The notes: generated by a model not told the origin, from the letters alone. A DNA stretch of 64,000 bases from Nitrososphaerota archaeon (GCA_028867755.1 JAGWFT010000001.1:932727-996726); one strand, 5' to 3'; counted from the first letter of the stretch, positions 49,792 through 58,532 are shown. Translations and numbers: made by a program.

Positions 49792-49887
49792 ATGGTTCTT
49801 TGTCACAAATGTTCTGATGAAAAGCATGGGGAATGCATGGGAAAAGCTGGCATGTTTGAATGCGACTGTGAAATCTGCAAGAAATAG
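49792..49887 (+). CDS. 31-aa Cys-rich microprotein (not in ORF track)
   Basis: MVLCHKCSDEKHGECMGKAGMFECDCEICKK*; 6 Cys + 2 His. Confidence 0.6.
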   Translation: MVLCHKCSDEKHGECMGKAGMFECDCEICKK

Positions 49888-49952
49888 TTAGTAGAAATAC
49901 AAGCAAAATTAGCACTTACTGCTTATATCGCATATATCCATAACCTGAATCC

Positions 49953-50312
49953 GTGTCAACCCTTGATGATATAACAAAGGCAAAGATAGTCCAGATGATC
50001 TTGGATGGAAAGACAGAGGGTGCGCTTGGCAAACTAGGAGAATTTTACCGAGTTGAAACCCCGAAAATAGCAGTAGGTACAATCAAGGGAAAAAGAAGGA
50101 CTGTGTATGCAGTATACGTGCCTGCAGAAAAGAAGATTTATGCCCTAAACTCTGACATTTTTTGCAACCCCTTTGTTATTTTACACGAGTATTACCATCA
50201 TATTCGCTCAAAGCTTGGGGTGCACAAGGGCTCTGAAAGGCATGCCAATATGTATGCCAAGGACTTTATTAATTCCTATAATAAAATAATAAAGACCCAA
50301 ATCAAAACATAG
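49953..50312 (+). CDS. Small HExxH zincin-like protein
   Basis: FVILHEYYHH followed by SERHANMYA (third ligand Glu pattern). Confidence 0.75.
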   Translation: MSTLDDITKAKIVQMILDGKTEGALGKLGEFYRVETPKIAVGTIKGKRRTVYAVYVPAEKKIYALNSDIFCNPFVILHEYYHHIRSKLGVHKGSERHANMYAKDFINSYNKIIKTQIKT

Positions 50313-50464
50313 TCGATTTTTTTTGAATTCCTGTCATTTGGTCATCAAATATGGTGTTGAAATATCTCTCTGCCTAGTTTTGGGGTGCCAAAGGTTCATG
50401 GTTTGCAAAGTTATTGCTCATGTACTAGATGCCTAAAAGGCTCTATAGTTATGTAGTTTTTGTA

Positions 50465-50911
50465 CTAGTGCTTCAAATTTTTAAGTTCTTTAAGATCTTC
50501 ATGAACTGCCAAACAATCTTCTACCACTTCTTTCCAATTTCCCCTCCTAAGAGATTCTCGTATTTTCAGAATGTTCTGAGATGCGGAATGCAATCTTTGT
50601 TCAATTTCAAGTGTCATGTTTCGTGGATTATTTGTAACTTCCAAGAATCTTGTAATTGTTCTGCAGTAGGAAAACTCTGCCAGTTCTTCATTGATTGACT
50701 TTGCAATCTTAGGATAGGAACTGCCGTATAATTCCTTGAGAATTTCAGCAAGATATTCAGGATGTTCATAACAATCTGGCAGATAACAGCCGTATTGTTT
50801 TTTCAGGATTGTTACTACCGTTTCATAAAGTGGCCTACTAATGTCTAAAAGTTTCTCTTCTATCACTGTTGCTACTAGTGCTTTTTTTGCAGTATCGCCC
50901 TCACTTGTCAT
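50465..50911 (-). CDS. Thaumarchaeal signalling output-domain-like protein (NitrOD-like) with helical tail
   Basis: ALVATVIE.KLL.I.RP.YE.V...L...YGCYLPDCYEHPEYL.EILKELYG. Confidence 0.65.
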   Translation of the reverse strand: MTSEGDTAKKALVATVIEEKLLDISRPLYETVVTILKKQYGCYLPDCYEHPEYLAEILKELYGSSYPKIAKSINEELAEFSYCRTITRFLEVTNNPRNMTLEIEQRLHSASQNILKIRESLRRGNWKEVVEDCLAVHEDLKELKNLKH

Positions 50912-51171
50912 TCTCTACGTTTCAGATAAGGACCTTTAAAATTAAATAAATGGTTATGTGTAACATCAGAATACACAAGTATTGTTTGCTCTAGATGCAA
51001 TTGATTAGGCTTTGAAAAGAATTGACGACTTTTGACAGTGGCGAAATCTGACACAGGTTTGACATTTGGTCCATTCTTCTTATCAAGATTTGAGAGATGA
51101 AGTCCACATCTCATATTTCCAGTCCACTCTAGCAACAAAAAGACCCTCTCGTAAAACAAGGTAAAGAACAA
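50908..51171 (-). CDS. Possible small hypothetical protein (start uncertain)
   Basis: Stop overlaps the next ATG (ATGA), suggesting translational coupling; no motif. Confidence 0.35.
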   Translation of the reverse strand: MFFTLFYERVFLLLEWTGNMRCGLHLSNLDKKNGPNVKPVSDFATVKSRQFFSKPNQLHLEQTILVYSDVTHNHLFNFKGPYLKRRE

Positions 51172-51233
51172 TTCACTAAATCCAAAAAATATGATTTCCT
51201 GGCTTTAAATAGACCAGATCATTTCTAGATAGC

Positions 51234-51503
51234 ATGGTCAGGCAGGAGGAAGGTAGCGTACCGACAAGCTACGAAGTAAAGAAGATAGTCTCCGACGAAG
51301 TCAAGCCCTTACTTGACAAGCTAGCCGAACTTGTAGACAAGCTTGAGCGCTATCACGATCACGACGTACAATTCCAGCAAAAATTGATACTTTTGATATC
51401 GCAGATGTTCAAAAACCAAGAGATCTCAATGGAGGGCTTTGACAAGCTTGATGCTTTCCTAAGAAAAGAATTCTCCTGGGGCAAAAACGAATCTACTGAA
51501 TAA
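51234..51503 (+). CDS. Coiled-coil hypothetical protein
   Basis: 89-aa ORF; TTTAAATA TATA-like element upstream. Confidence 0.65.
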   Translation: MVRQEEGSVPTSYEVKKIVSDEVKPLLDKLAELVDKLERYHDHDVQFQQKLILLISQMFKNQEISMEGFDKLDAFLRKEFSWGKNESTE

Positions 51504-51587
51504 ACTACAATTTTTGCAATTTCACCTTCGAACTTGTTTAGATGAATTGATCTCCACATTAAATAGATAGATTTTGTAAAAAATCAC

Positions 51588-51929
51588 ATGGAAAAATTTG
51601 AGCTCAAGTTTTCTGTAACTAAAAAACCAACAGACAGCCAAGCAAGAAAACTTCAGGAATACTTTGGAGAGATGCCAATGGAGGAAATTCTTTCAGGGCT
51701 TTATTTTGCAAAAAGCAGATGGAGTGCAAAGGACGCAGGAGTGCTAAAGGTAGGAAGAAAAAGCATTATCAAAAAAGAGATCCATTCTGTCACGTCTGAG
51801 CAGGCTCAGTGGAGATTGAAAAACTGGAAGATGATGATTGCAAATTATAGAAGGCTAGGATACAGCTACCCAACAATATCTAGAATAAAAAAGCACTTTG
51901 TAGAGATAAGCAAAAAGCGAACTAGATAG
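51588..51929 (+). CDS. Basic hypothetical protein
   Basis: 113-aa Lys/Arg-rich ORF. Confidence 0.7.
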   Translation: MEKFELKFSVTKKPTDSQARKLQEYFGEMPMEEILSGLYFAKSRWSAKDAGVLKVGRKSIIKKEIHSVTSEQAQWRLKNWKMMIANYRRLGYSYPTISRIKKHFVEISKKRTR

Positions 51930-52560
51930 TAGCTTGTGTCTTTGTAGTGGAAGGCAAGTTGGACGGAAGGTCGGGGAGTGTCTGTCTGACATGGCCTTCC
52001 AGTACCGCTTGCGCTTCTTCTAAAATTAGGTTTGTCTCCGAGCTTGTCGTATCGACAACAAATTGGCTATCACCACCAACTGAAGAGCCTGCCATAATAT
52101 CTCCTAGAATATTTGACAAGTCCTGCATGGTGTTGCCTGCCTCAGGCATGAGTCCGTTCAAACTGGTTCCTAGGCCCCTTATCACGGACATGCATGGGCT
52201 CAGTGTGACAACCACGTCGCCAAGTTCGGATATAGTGTTTAATCTAATCTGTATCTGCTCCATGGCAAGTTTTGCGCCTGTTACCATAGTATTCATCTTT
52301 CTAATCTCGTGCAATTCAGTAGCATATACGTTAGAATATGGTTTGTTGTGGTTTCGTACTGCATCTACCACTTTTCTGAAAATATAATCGTCTTTTTCCT
52401 TTAGTTTTCGTGAGATAGAGTCAAGTTTTGCTATCTGAAGCTGCAGCTTTTTCTGCGCCTCATCAATCTTTGGCCTTAATGGAGCATCTGGCTTTACCTT
52501 ATCAATCACTTTTTGTGATATGCTTTCTTTTTGTGTGTTCCATTTTGCTGCAAAGTTCAT
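51922..52560 (-). CDS. ESCRT-III/Snf7 family protein (CdvB paralogue)
   Basis: Long helical hairpin LQLQIAKLD...YATELHEIRK...AKLAMEQIQIRLNTISELGD; ILEEA and C-terminal LPDLP. Confidence 0.88.
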   Translation of the reverse strand: MNFAAKWNTQKESISQKVIDKVKPDAPLRPKIDEAQKKLQLQIAKLDSISRKLKEKDDYIFRKVVDAVRNHNKPYSNVYATELHEIRKMNTMVTGAKLAMEQIQIRLNTISELGDVVVTLSPCMSVIRGLGTSLNGLMPEAGNTMQDLSNILGDIMAGSSVGGDSQFVVDTTSSETNLILEEAQAVLEGHVRQTLPDLPSNLPSTTKTQATI

Positions 52561-52667
52561 AATTTTGACTGTGCCTTGATCTGAATTGATATTTTAAACA
52601 TTCATGTTCTGCAAACTAGTGTAACTGCAGTGACAGGGTGCAATAGTTACAACAAAGTTCTACACTT

Positions 52668-52715
52668 TTGATAATTAATGTTTCTAAATTCGAATTTAGA
52701 AACATTAATTATCAA
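52668..52715. repeat. Perfect 48-bp palindrome, copy 3
   Basis: TTGATAATTAATGTTTCTAAATTC|GAATTTAGAAACATTAATTATCAA is its own reverse complement. Confidence 0.95.
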
Positions 52716-52720
52716 CACGG

Positions 52721-53845
52721 CTAGCCAAACGTAAAGGTAAAGATTTGAAATCCTGGCTTTGCAATAAGGGTAAGTGTGTGCGAGCCTGCCTGCTGCGATG
52801 AGATGACATTGTACAACCTGTTGTCAGATACGTGAACTGTGTCATTTTGAAGGTCTTGCCCTGCATCGCTGCTGGTAACAGGAACTCCATCAAGCAGCAC
52901 CTGCACATCAACATTGGGGCCTGCAGCTACAATGTGCACATCTTTTGCAAAGTAGGGAAGCACAATTTTCCCAGTGTCAGAAGCCAGCTTCATGCTGTCT
53001 GACAGGTTCTGCCAGCTTCCATCCAAGTAGAAATTGTCTTGTTGCAAGTTGGAAGGAAGTGTGTATGTCACTGTAAGGTTTGGATGAAAACCTTCTTGGT
53101 TTCCAAGAAAGCTTCGACCTGTTGCAAAGTCATATCCAAAATAAAGTTCTGGTGTTTGCTGGTCAGAAAACTGGTGCGGCGCAATATCTGCTAGTGGCAT
53201 GCTTGCATTGACATTTAGTCCAAGTGCCTGTGATCGTTGGTCCAAGAGTTGTTGTATAGTTTTTTCTGTTTGATCGTAATCTCCTTCTCCAAAGTGTACA
53301 TGTCGTATGTGTCCAAGATAGTCTGTCATGTATTCTGCAGGCCAGTACCTGTTGCCAAATGCATCCCATGTATTGTGATCGCTGTCTAGTACCACAGGAT
53401 ATGTTATGTTGTATTTTTGCACTGCCATCTTTACGTTATCAATATTTTTTTCAAACTCAAATTCTGGTGAATGGATTCCAACTATTAGCAATCCCTTGTC
53501 TGCATACTTTGCATTCCAGTCTTCAAGATAGGGAAGGGTTCTAAGACAGTTGATGCAACTGTATGTCCAGAAATCATAAAGCACCACTTTGTTTTTCATT
53601 GCTTCTTTTAGCGCATTAGGTGTTGTGTTGACGTAACCTGAAATTCCAACCAAGTCTGGTGCCACTGGATACTGGCTTTCGTTTGATGCTGACAATGACG
53701 CATTGCCAGAAATTGGTTGCGCTAGATTCGAATTTTCACTTATTGCAGCCTTGTCTAGTGACATAAAGTATACTGCAATGCCAGCTATTGCGACTGCTAC
53801 AATTATTCCAGTAATTATTGCACTTTTGATCTCTTTTTTCATCAT
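52721..53845 (-). CDS. Membrane-anchored thioredoxin-like redoxin with DipZ-type C-terminal beta domain
   Basis: DFWTYSCINCLRTLP, GIHSPEFEFEK, NRYWPAEY, HFGEGDY, TPELYFG, RLYNVI, FTFTFG. Confidence 0.9.
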   Translation of the reverse strand: MMKKEIKSAIITGIIVAVAIAGIAVYFMSLDKAAISENSNLAQPISGNASLSASNESQYPVAPDLVGISGYVNTTPNALKEAMKNKVVLYDFWTYSCINCLRTLPYLEDWNAKYADKGLLIVGIHSPEFEFEKNIDNVKMAVQKYNITYPVVLDSDHNTWDAFGNRYWPAEYMTDYLGHIRHVHFGEGDYDQTEKTIQQLLDQRSQALGLNVNASMPLADIAPHQFSDQQTPELYFGYDFATGRSFLGNQEGFHPNLTVTYTLPSNLQQDNFYLDGSWQNLSDSMKLASDTGKIVLPYFAKDVHIVAAGPNVDVQVLLDGVPVTSSDAGQDLQNDTVHVSDNRLYNVISSQQAGSHTLTLIAKPGFQIFTFTFG

Positions 53846-53846
53846 G

Positions 53847-54581
53847 TTATCCTCCTAGCAGGGCGTTGTTTAGCAATGGGAAACTGGCAATGGCTGCAAG
53901 CTGGTTTGTGTACACCAAGACTCCAAGCAGTACTATGAGAGCGCCCATGATGATTGAATAATACTTCAAGTGTTTGCTCATTGACTTGATGAATCTCGTA
54001 AACCTCGAAAAGAACACGCCCATTAGTATGAATGGCACTCCAAGTCCAAGTGAGTAGCTAAGCAACAAAACAAACGCATGGCTTGGCGAGGTAGCGGCAA
54101 GTGTCAAGATGCTGCCCAAGATGGGGCCTATGCAAGGAGTCCAGCCTGTTGCAAAGGCAAGACCGAAGACAAAAGAAAGAGGATAGCTTGCTTTTGCCCT
54201 GCTTGGAATTATCTTCTTTTCAAAATTCAATTTTGATATCTTTGATGACAATAGCATAAAGATCCCAAATGCAATTATTATGATGCCGCCAAGATGATTA
54301 AAGTCTGCAAGTAACTTTCCTGCATTAGTTGACACTACGCTGTTGAGCACAACACCTAGAACTGAAAAAACAACTGTAAATCCGGCTACAAAGAATATGG
54401 TATTTAGCAAAATGTTCAGCCTGCTTGCAACCAAGTTTACTGTGCCGTTGGTTCTCTGGAGCTCAGATAATGTGGTTCCAGAAATGTATGCAAGAAACGC
54501 AGGAATCATGGGAAGAATGCACGGGGCAAGAAAAGAGCTCAGTCCTGCCAAGGCTGCGATTCCTATGCTTAGTTCTACCAT
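53847..54581 (-). CDS. ccdA: CcdA-type thiol-disulfide transporter
   Basis: SFLAPCILPMIPAFL and FATGWTPCIGPILGSIL; six TM segments. Confidence 0.92.
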   Translation of the reverse strand: MVELSIGIAALAGLSSFLAPCILPMIPAFLAYISGTTLSELQRTNGTVNLVASRLNILLNTIFFVAGFTVVFSVLGVVLNSVVSTNAGKLLADFNHLGGIIIIAFGIFMLLSSKISKLNFEKKIIPSRAKASYPLSFVFGLAFATGWTPCIGPILGSILTLAATSPSHAFVLLLSYSLGLGVPFILMGVFFSRFTRFIKSMSKHLKYYSIIMGALIVLLGVLVYTNQLAAIASFPLLNNALLGG

Positions 54582-54781
54582 GCATTAGATGATCTCTTTT
54601 TTTATTAATACCTTGTTCCAAATCTACTCCAAATCATATCTCTAGGCTTTGGGACAAGAATTTCCTATGGGCCACAAAGTAACTATTACAATACTATGGC
54701 GAGCTGGTATCACCATAGGGCTCGTATGCAAACTAATTCTATATGAATAAAGTTCTAAGCCAATGAAAGGCTTGACAATCT

Positions 54782-54901
54782 ATGGCTTCAAACGAATCAG
54801 ATGAATCTTACCCCACATCTACTACAGAAAATATCCAAGAAGAGACTTCAGAAGTAGATGCAACCGCAGACGAACAAGAAGAAAATCCAAAATTAGAATA
54901 A
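54782..54901 (+). CDS. Possible 39-aa highly acidic microprotein
   Basis: MASNESDESYPTSTTENIQEETSEVDATADEQEENPKLE* (13 D/E, 1 K). Confidence 0.45.
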   Translation: MASNESDESYPTSTTENIQEETSEVDATADEQEENPKLE

Positions 54902-54945
54902 AGACATCTCTAATTTTGGGTACCATCTTTTTCTACTTGGCTATA

Positions 54946-56073
54946 TCATATAATGCCAAACTTTTTTCCGGCCCTTTCAAACACGTCTAGTGATTTTGCA
55001 ATGCTCTCATCTGTTAGCCACGAAGTAACAGAAATCCGAATTCTTGCAGAGCCAAGCTGTACAGTAGGATACCTTATTGGCTGTGCAAAAACGCCATTAC
55101 TTGACAAATACCTGCCAAATTCCAATGTTTTTTTCTCATTTCCAATTATGACAGGAATTATCTGGCTCTGTGACTCTATTTGGTATCCGCATGACTCTAG
55201 GCCTTTTCGCATCATGTTTGTGTTTTTCCATAGCTTGACTCTTTTTTGCTCTCTGTTTGAGGATATCTTGTCTAGTGCAACTTGGACTAGAAAGTTTGGC
55301 AGAGCAGAGGTGTAGATAAAAGGCCTTGAGGTGTTAATTGCAAGATCAATGACTTCTTTTTTTGATGCAACATATCCACCAAATGCGCCAAGGCCCTTGC
55401 TGAGGCTGCTGATGTATACATCTATTTTTTTAGACACTCCAAGATATTCTGCAGACCCGCGGCCGTCAGAGCCTGCAACAAAATCCCCGTGGGCATCATC
55501 TAGAATTAAAATCGCATCATGTTTTTTGCACAGCTCTGTTATCTCTTGCAGCCTTGAAAAATCACCATTCATGGAAAAGATGCCTTCAGTAACTACAAAC
55601 TTGCGACGCCTGTCTTTTTGCAGTCTTTTTTCCAGGTCTTGCATGTTGTTATGTTTGTAGATTGCCTTTCTTGCATGCGTTAGTCTACAGGAGTCTATGA
55701 TGCTTGCATGGTTGAGCTCATCGCTTAGTATCACGTCATCTTTTTGTGGCAAAATTGAGATTGCCCCCAGGTTTGCCATGTATCCAGTTGGAAATACAAG
55801 TGCGGATTCCTGGCGCTTGTGTCTTGCAAGTCTTGTCTCTAGTTTTTTAAATAAATTGTCGTTGCCTGAAATCAGCCTTGAGCTTGACTGGGTCTGCATC
55901 GGGAAAATCTTTGTGTATCCTAGTCCAAGGTAATCATTGGAGGACAGATTGACAAGTTTTTTTCTTTTTATGATAACGTATGGACCTAAAACTCTGGCAT
56001 CGTGCAGACTGCGATATAGATTAGATCTTATTCTACCAAGTCTTGCATTTATGAAATTAAATTTAGGCTTCAA
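54946..56073 (-). CDS. bioF: 8-amino-7-oxononanoate synthase
   Basis: SSNDYLGL, SSRLISG, FPTGYMAN, SDELNHASIIDSC, DDAHG, SLSKGLG (PLP Lys), IRYPTV. Confidence 0.93.
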   Translation of the reverse strand: MKPKFNFINARLGRIRSNLYRSLHDARVLGPYVIIKRKKLVNLSSNDYLGLGYTKIFPMQTQSSSRLISGNDNLFKKLETRLARHKRQESALVFPTGYMANLGAISILPQKDDVILSDELNHASIIDSCRLTHARKAIYKHNNMQDLEKRLQKDRRRKFVVTEGIFSMNGDFSRLQEITELCKKHDAILILDDAHGDFVAGSDGRGSAEYLGVSKKIDVYISSLSKGLGAFGGYVASKKEVIDLAINTSRPFIYTSALPNFLVQVALDKISSNREQKRVKLWKNTNMMRKGLESCGYQIESQSQIIPVIIGNEKKTLEFGRYLSSNGVFAQPIRYPTVQLGSARIRISVTSWLTDESIAKSLDVFERAGKKFGII

Positions 56074-57043
56074 GGCCTATCTTTGATATCATCTCAAAGT
56101 CCTCAACTGGGGAATTTCCCCCTATCGTGAGATAGCCGCCAGTAATGATGCCGTTAGCACCGCCAAGAAGGGCTTTTTCCTGCTCACTTGACAGATACAC
56201 TTCTCTGCCTCCGGCTATCTTTAGGATGGTCTTTGGCATGAGGAATCTAAATACTGCTATTGTGCGCAGGATCTCAGACAGTGAGAGCCTTGGCTGAACC
56301 TCAAGTGGAGTTCCTTTTTGCGGAACAAGTATGTTTATCGGGCATTCTTCTGGGCTAAGGCCTGCCAAGTCAAGACCAAGCTCAAGTCTTTGCATTCTTG
56401 TCTCTCCCATGCCAATGATTCCACCGCAACACAGCTCAAGACCTACCTTTTTTACTATTTGGTTGGTGTTCATCCTGTCGTCATATGTGTGCGTGGTGCA
56501 TATCTTGGAGAAGAAGCTTCTTGATGATTCAAGATTGTGGTTGTATCTTTTTACTCCAAGCTCTTTGAGTTGCAACGCCATGTGCTCATCTATGAACCCA
56601 AGCGAGCAGTTTACCTCGATTCCAACTTTGTCATTTATCTCTTTGATGATATCGCAAATTTGAGCAAAATCGTTTTGAGTTGGGCCTCGCCATGCGCACA
56701 CAAGACAAAAGCTTTTGACGCCATTGTCTTTTGAGAATTTTGCATTTTGTACTATGGTGTCAGCAGGCAGCAGCTTGTATGTGTCAATTCCGCTCTTGTA
56801 GAATGCAGACTGTGAGCAAAACGAACAGTCTTCTTGGCATTTTCCTTTTTTTGCATTGATTAGAGCTTCGACATCGACTAGATTGCCACTGATCTCTCGT
56901 GTGATCTCATTTGCGGCATTTGATAAAAAGTGTAATGATTCGTCTGATACGTTGACAAGTTTTTCAGCTTCTTCTTGGGTGATGGTGTGACCTGACAGCA
57001 CCTTGTTCTTGCATAACGTGATAAACTCAATCTCTTGGCTCAC
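56063..57043 (-). CDS. bioB: Biotin synthase
   Basis: CQEDCSFCSQS radical-SAM motif, YNHNLES, CCGGIIGMGE, AGGRE. Confidence 0.96.
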   Translation of the reverse strand: MSQEIEFITLCKNKVLSGHTITQEEAEKLVNVSDESLHFLSNAANEITREISGNLVDVEALINAKKGKCQEDCSFCSQSAFYKSGIDTYKLLPADTIVQNAKFSKDNGVKSFCLVCAWRGPTQNDFAQICDIIKEINDKVGIEVNCSLGFIDEHMALQLKELGVKRYNHNLESSRSFFSKICTTHTYDDRMNTNQIVKKVGLELCCGGIIGMGETRMQRLELGLDLAGLSPEECPINILVPQKGTPLEVQPRLSLSEILRTIAVFRFLMPKTILKIAGGREVYLSSEQEKALLGGANGIITGGYLTIGGNSPVEDFEMISKIGLEA

Positions 57044-57082
57044 AACATGATTTTTCTGACTCTATTAATTAAGATTATTATG

Positions 57083-57110
57083 GTAAACCAGTGATATGCC
57101 TATGGTTTAC
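57083..57110. promoter_or_regulatory. Putative BirA-type biotin operator upstream of bioB
   Basis: GTAAACCA-N12-TGGTTTAC, i.e. GTAAACC-N14-GGTTTAC, 40-67 bp upstream of the bioB start and next to TTAATTAA. Confidence 0.6.
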
Positions 57111-57138
57111 TGTTTTTTTAAAATACTGCCAAGACTTG

Positions 57139-58452
57139 TCATATCTTTTTTGCAACCTTTCTGATAGTGTCTATTGTCCCATCAATCAAAAAGTCAAGTT
57201 CTGTTTCTGGTATCGCAAGAGGGGGTACAAGCATGACTATGTGGCCAAGCGTTCTGAGGTAAATCTTGTGTTTTTTTGCCTCGCTGAAGATCTTTTTCTG
57301 TATATTTTTCTCAGGTGCAACAGGTGATTTTCTTGCCTTGCTGCTGACAAGCTCTATTCCCATTAACATTCCCTTGTGTCTTACGTCTCCGACCAGTTCT
57401 AGTTCTGATATCTCATCTACTCTCTTTTGTAGTTGCAAGGAGCGTTTTTTGACTTGGGAGATAATGCTGTATTTTTTGTAAAGTGAAAGGTTTGAGATTG
57501 CAGTTGCACAGGCCAGCGGATTTCCTGTAAATGTGTGCCCGTGGAAAAAGTGCCGCATGTCTTGGTATCTTCCCAAGAAAGCGTCATAGACCTTTTTGCT
57601 TGCAAGCGTGGCTGCAAGAGGAAGATAGCCAGCAGTTAGCATCTTGCCAAAAGAAACTATATCCGGGATGCTTTTCTGGCTCTGGTATTCTATCATGGAA
57701 CCCAGTCTTCCAAAACCTGTAGCAATCTCATCAAGAATGAATAAAACGTCGTGTTTTTTGCACAGGGCGCCGATCTTTCTCTGAAATCCGTCTGGGTATA
57801 TGATGACGCCGCCAGCTACCTGGGCTCCGCTTTCCATGACAAAGGCAGCAATGTTGTCATTTTGTGAGAGTGTTTTTTCTATCCTATCTATGCATTTATC
57901 CTGAAATTCTTCCAAAGTAAAGCCGCTTGGTATTCTGTAACTGTTTGGTACTGGAATTCTAATTGTAGGAAACAGCGTTGATTTGTATCTTGAAAAAAAA
58001 GAATGAACATATCCCAATGACATTGCACCAATGGTATCTCCATGATATCCATTTTCAAGTGTGACAAACTTTGTTTTTTTCTTCTTGCCCTTGTTGTGCC
58101 AGTACTGCAAGGCCATCTTTGCAGAAATTTCCATTGCAGTAGAGCCATCGTCTGAATAAAACACCTTGTGCATGCCAGGAGCTAGCCCCACAAGCTTTGC
58201 CGCAAGGTCTTCTGCCTTGTCATTTGTCAGGTTGAAAAGAGACGAGTGCTGTAGTTTCCTTGTCTGTGTTATCATTGCCCTTACAAGTTCATCTTTTGAG
58301 TGACCCCATACGTTGCACCACATGCTTGCAACCCCATCTAGCATGCGGTTTCCTTTAGAATCTTGGAGCCACATGCCTTTTCCACTTGTTATAACATCAA
58401 AGTCTGGCCATTGATTCATCTGTGTATATGGATGCCAAACATAACTGTGCAT
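57139..58452 (-). CDS. bioA: DAPA aminotransferase
   Basis: VWHPYTQM, DGVASMWCNVWGH, DDGSTAMEISAKMA, GYHGDTIGAMS, DEIATGFGRLG, FGKMLTAGYLPL, HGHTFTGNPLACA. Confidence 0.96.
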   Translation of the reverse strand: MHSYVWHPYTQMNQWPDFDVITSGKGMWLQDSKGNRMLDGVASMWCNVWGHSKDELVRAMITQTRKLQHSSLFNLTNDKAEDLAAKLVGLAPGMHKVFYSDDGSTAMEISAKMALQYWHNKGKKKKTKFVTLENGYHGDTIGAMSLGYVHSFFSRYKSTLFPTIRIPVPNSYRIPSGFTLEEFQDKCIDRIEKTLSQNDNIAAFVMESGAQVAGGVIIYPDGFQRKIGALCKKHDVLFILDEIATGFGRLGSMIEYQSQKSIPDIVSFGKMLTAGYLPLAATLASKKVYDAFLGRYQDMRHFFHGHTFTGNPLACATAISNLSLYKKYSIISQVKKRSLQLQKRVDEISELELVGDVRHKGMLMGIELVSSKARKSPVAPEKNIQKKIFSEAKKHKIYLRTLGHIVMLVPPLAIPETELDFLIDGTIDTIRKVAKKI

Positions 58453-58532
58453 GTGGCAGTCTCTAAACTGGTCACATTAATAATTATTTTAAACATGGTA
58501 TCATACGGTGAATTATTAAACAACAAGTGTGA

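Noticed and set aside
48510-52720. Classical tRNA-integrated island at tRNA-Asn
   Set aside because: I found no duplicate of the tRNA 3' end in the window and no integrase adjacent to the tRNA
54694-54718. Hairpin CTATGGTGA...TCGCCATAG (minus strand) resembling fluoride riboswitch P1
   Set aside because: The downstream AAACGC...GCTRATGACTCCTAC elements are missing and no fluoride-related gene follows; the hairpin itself is real but unassigned
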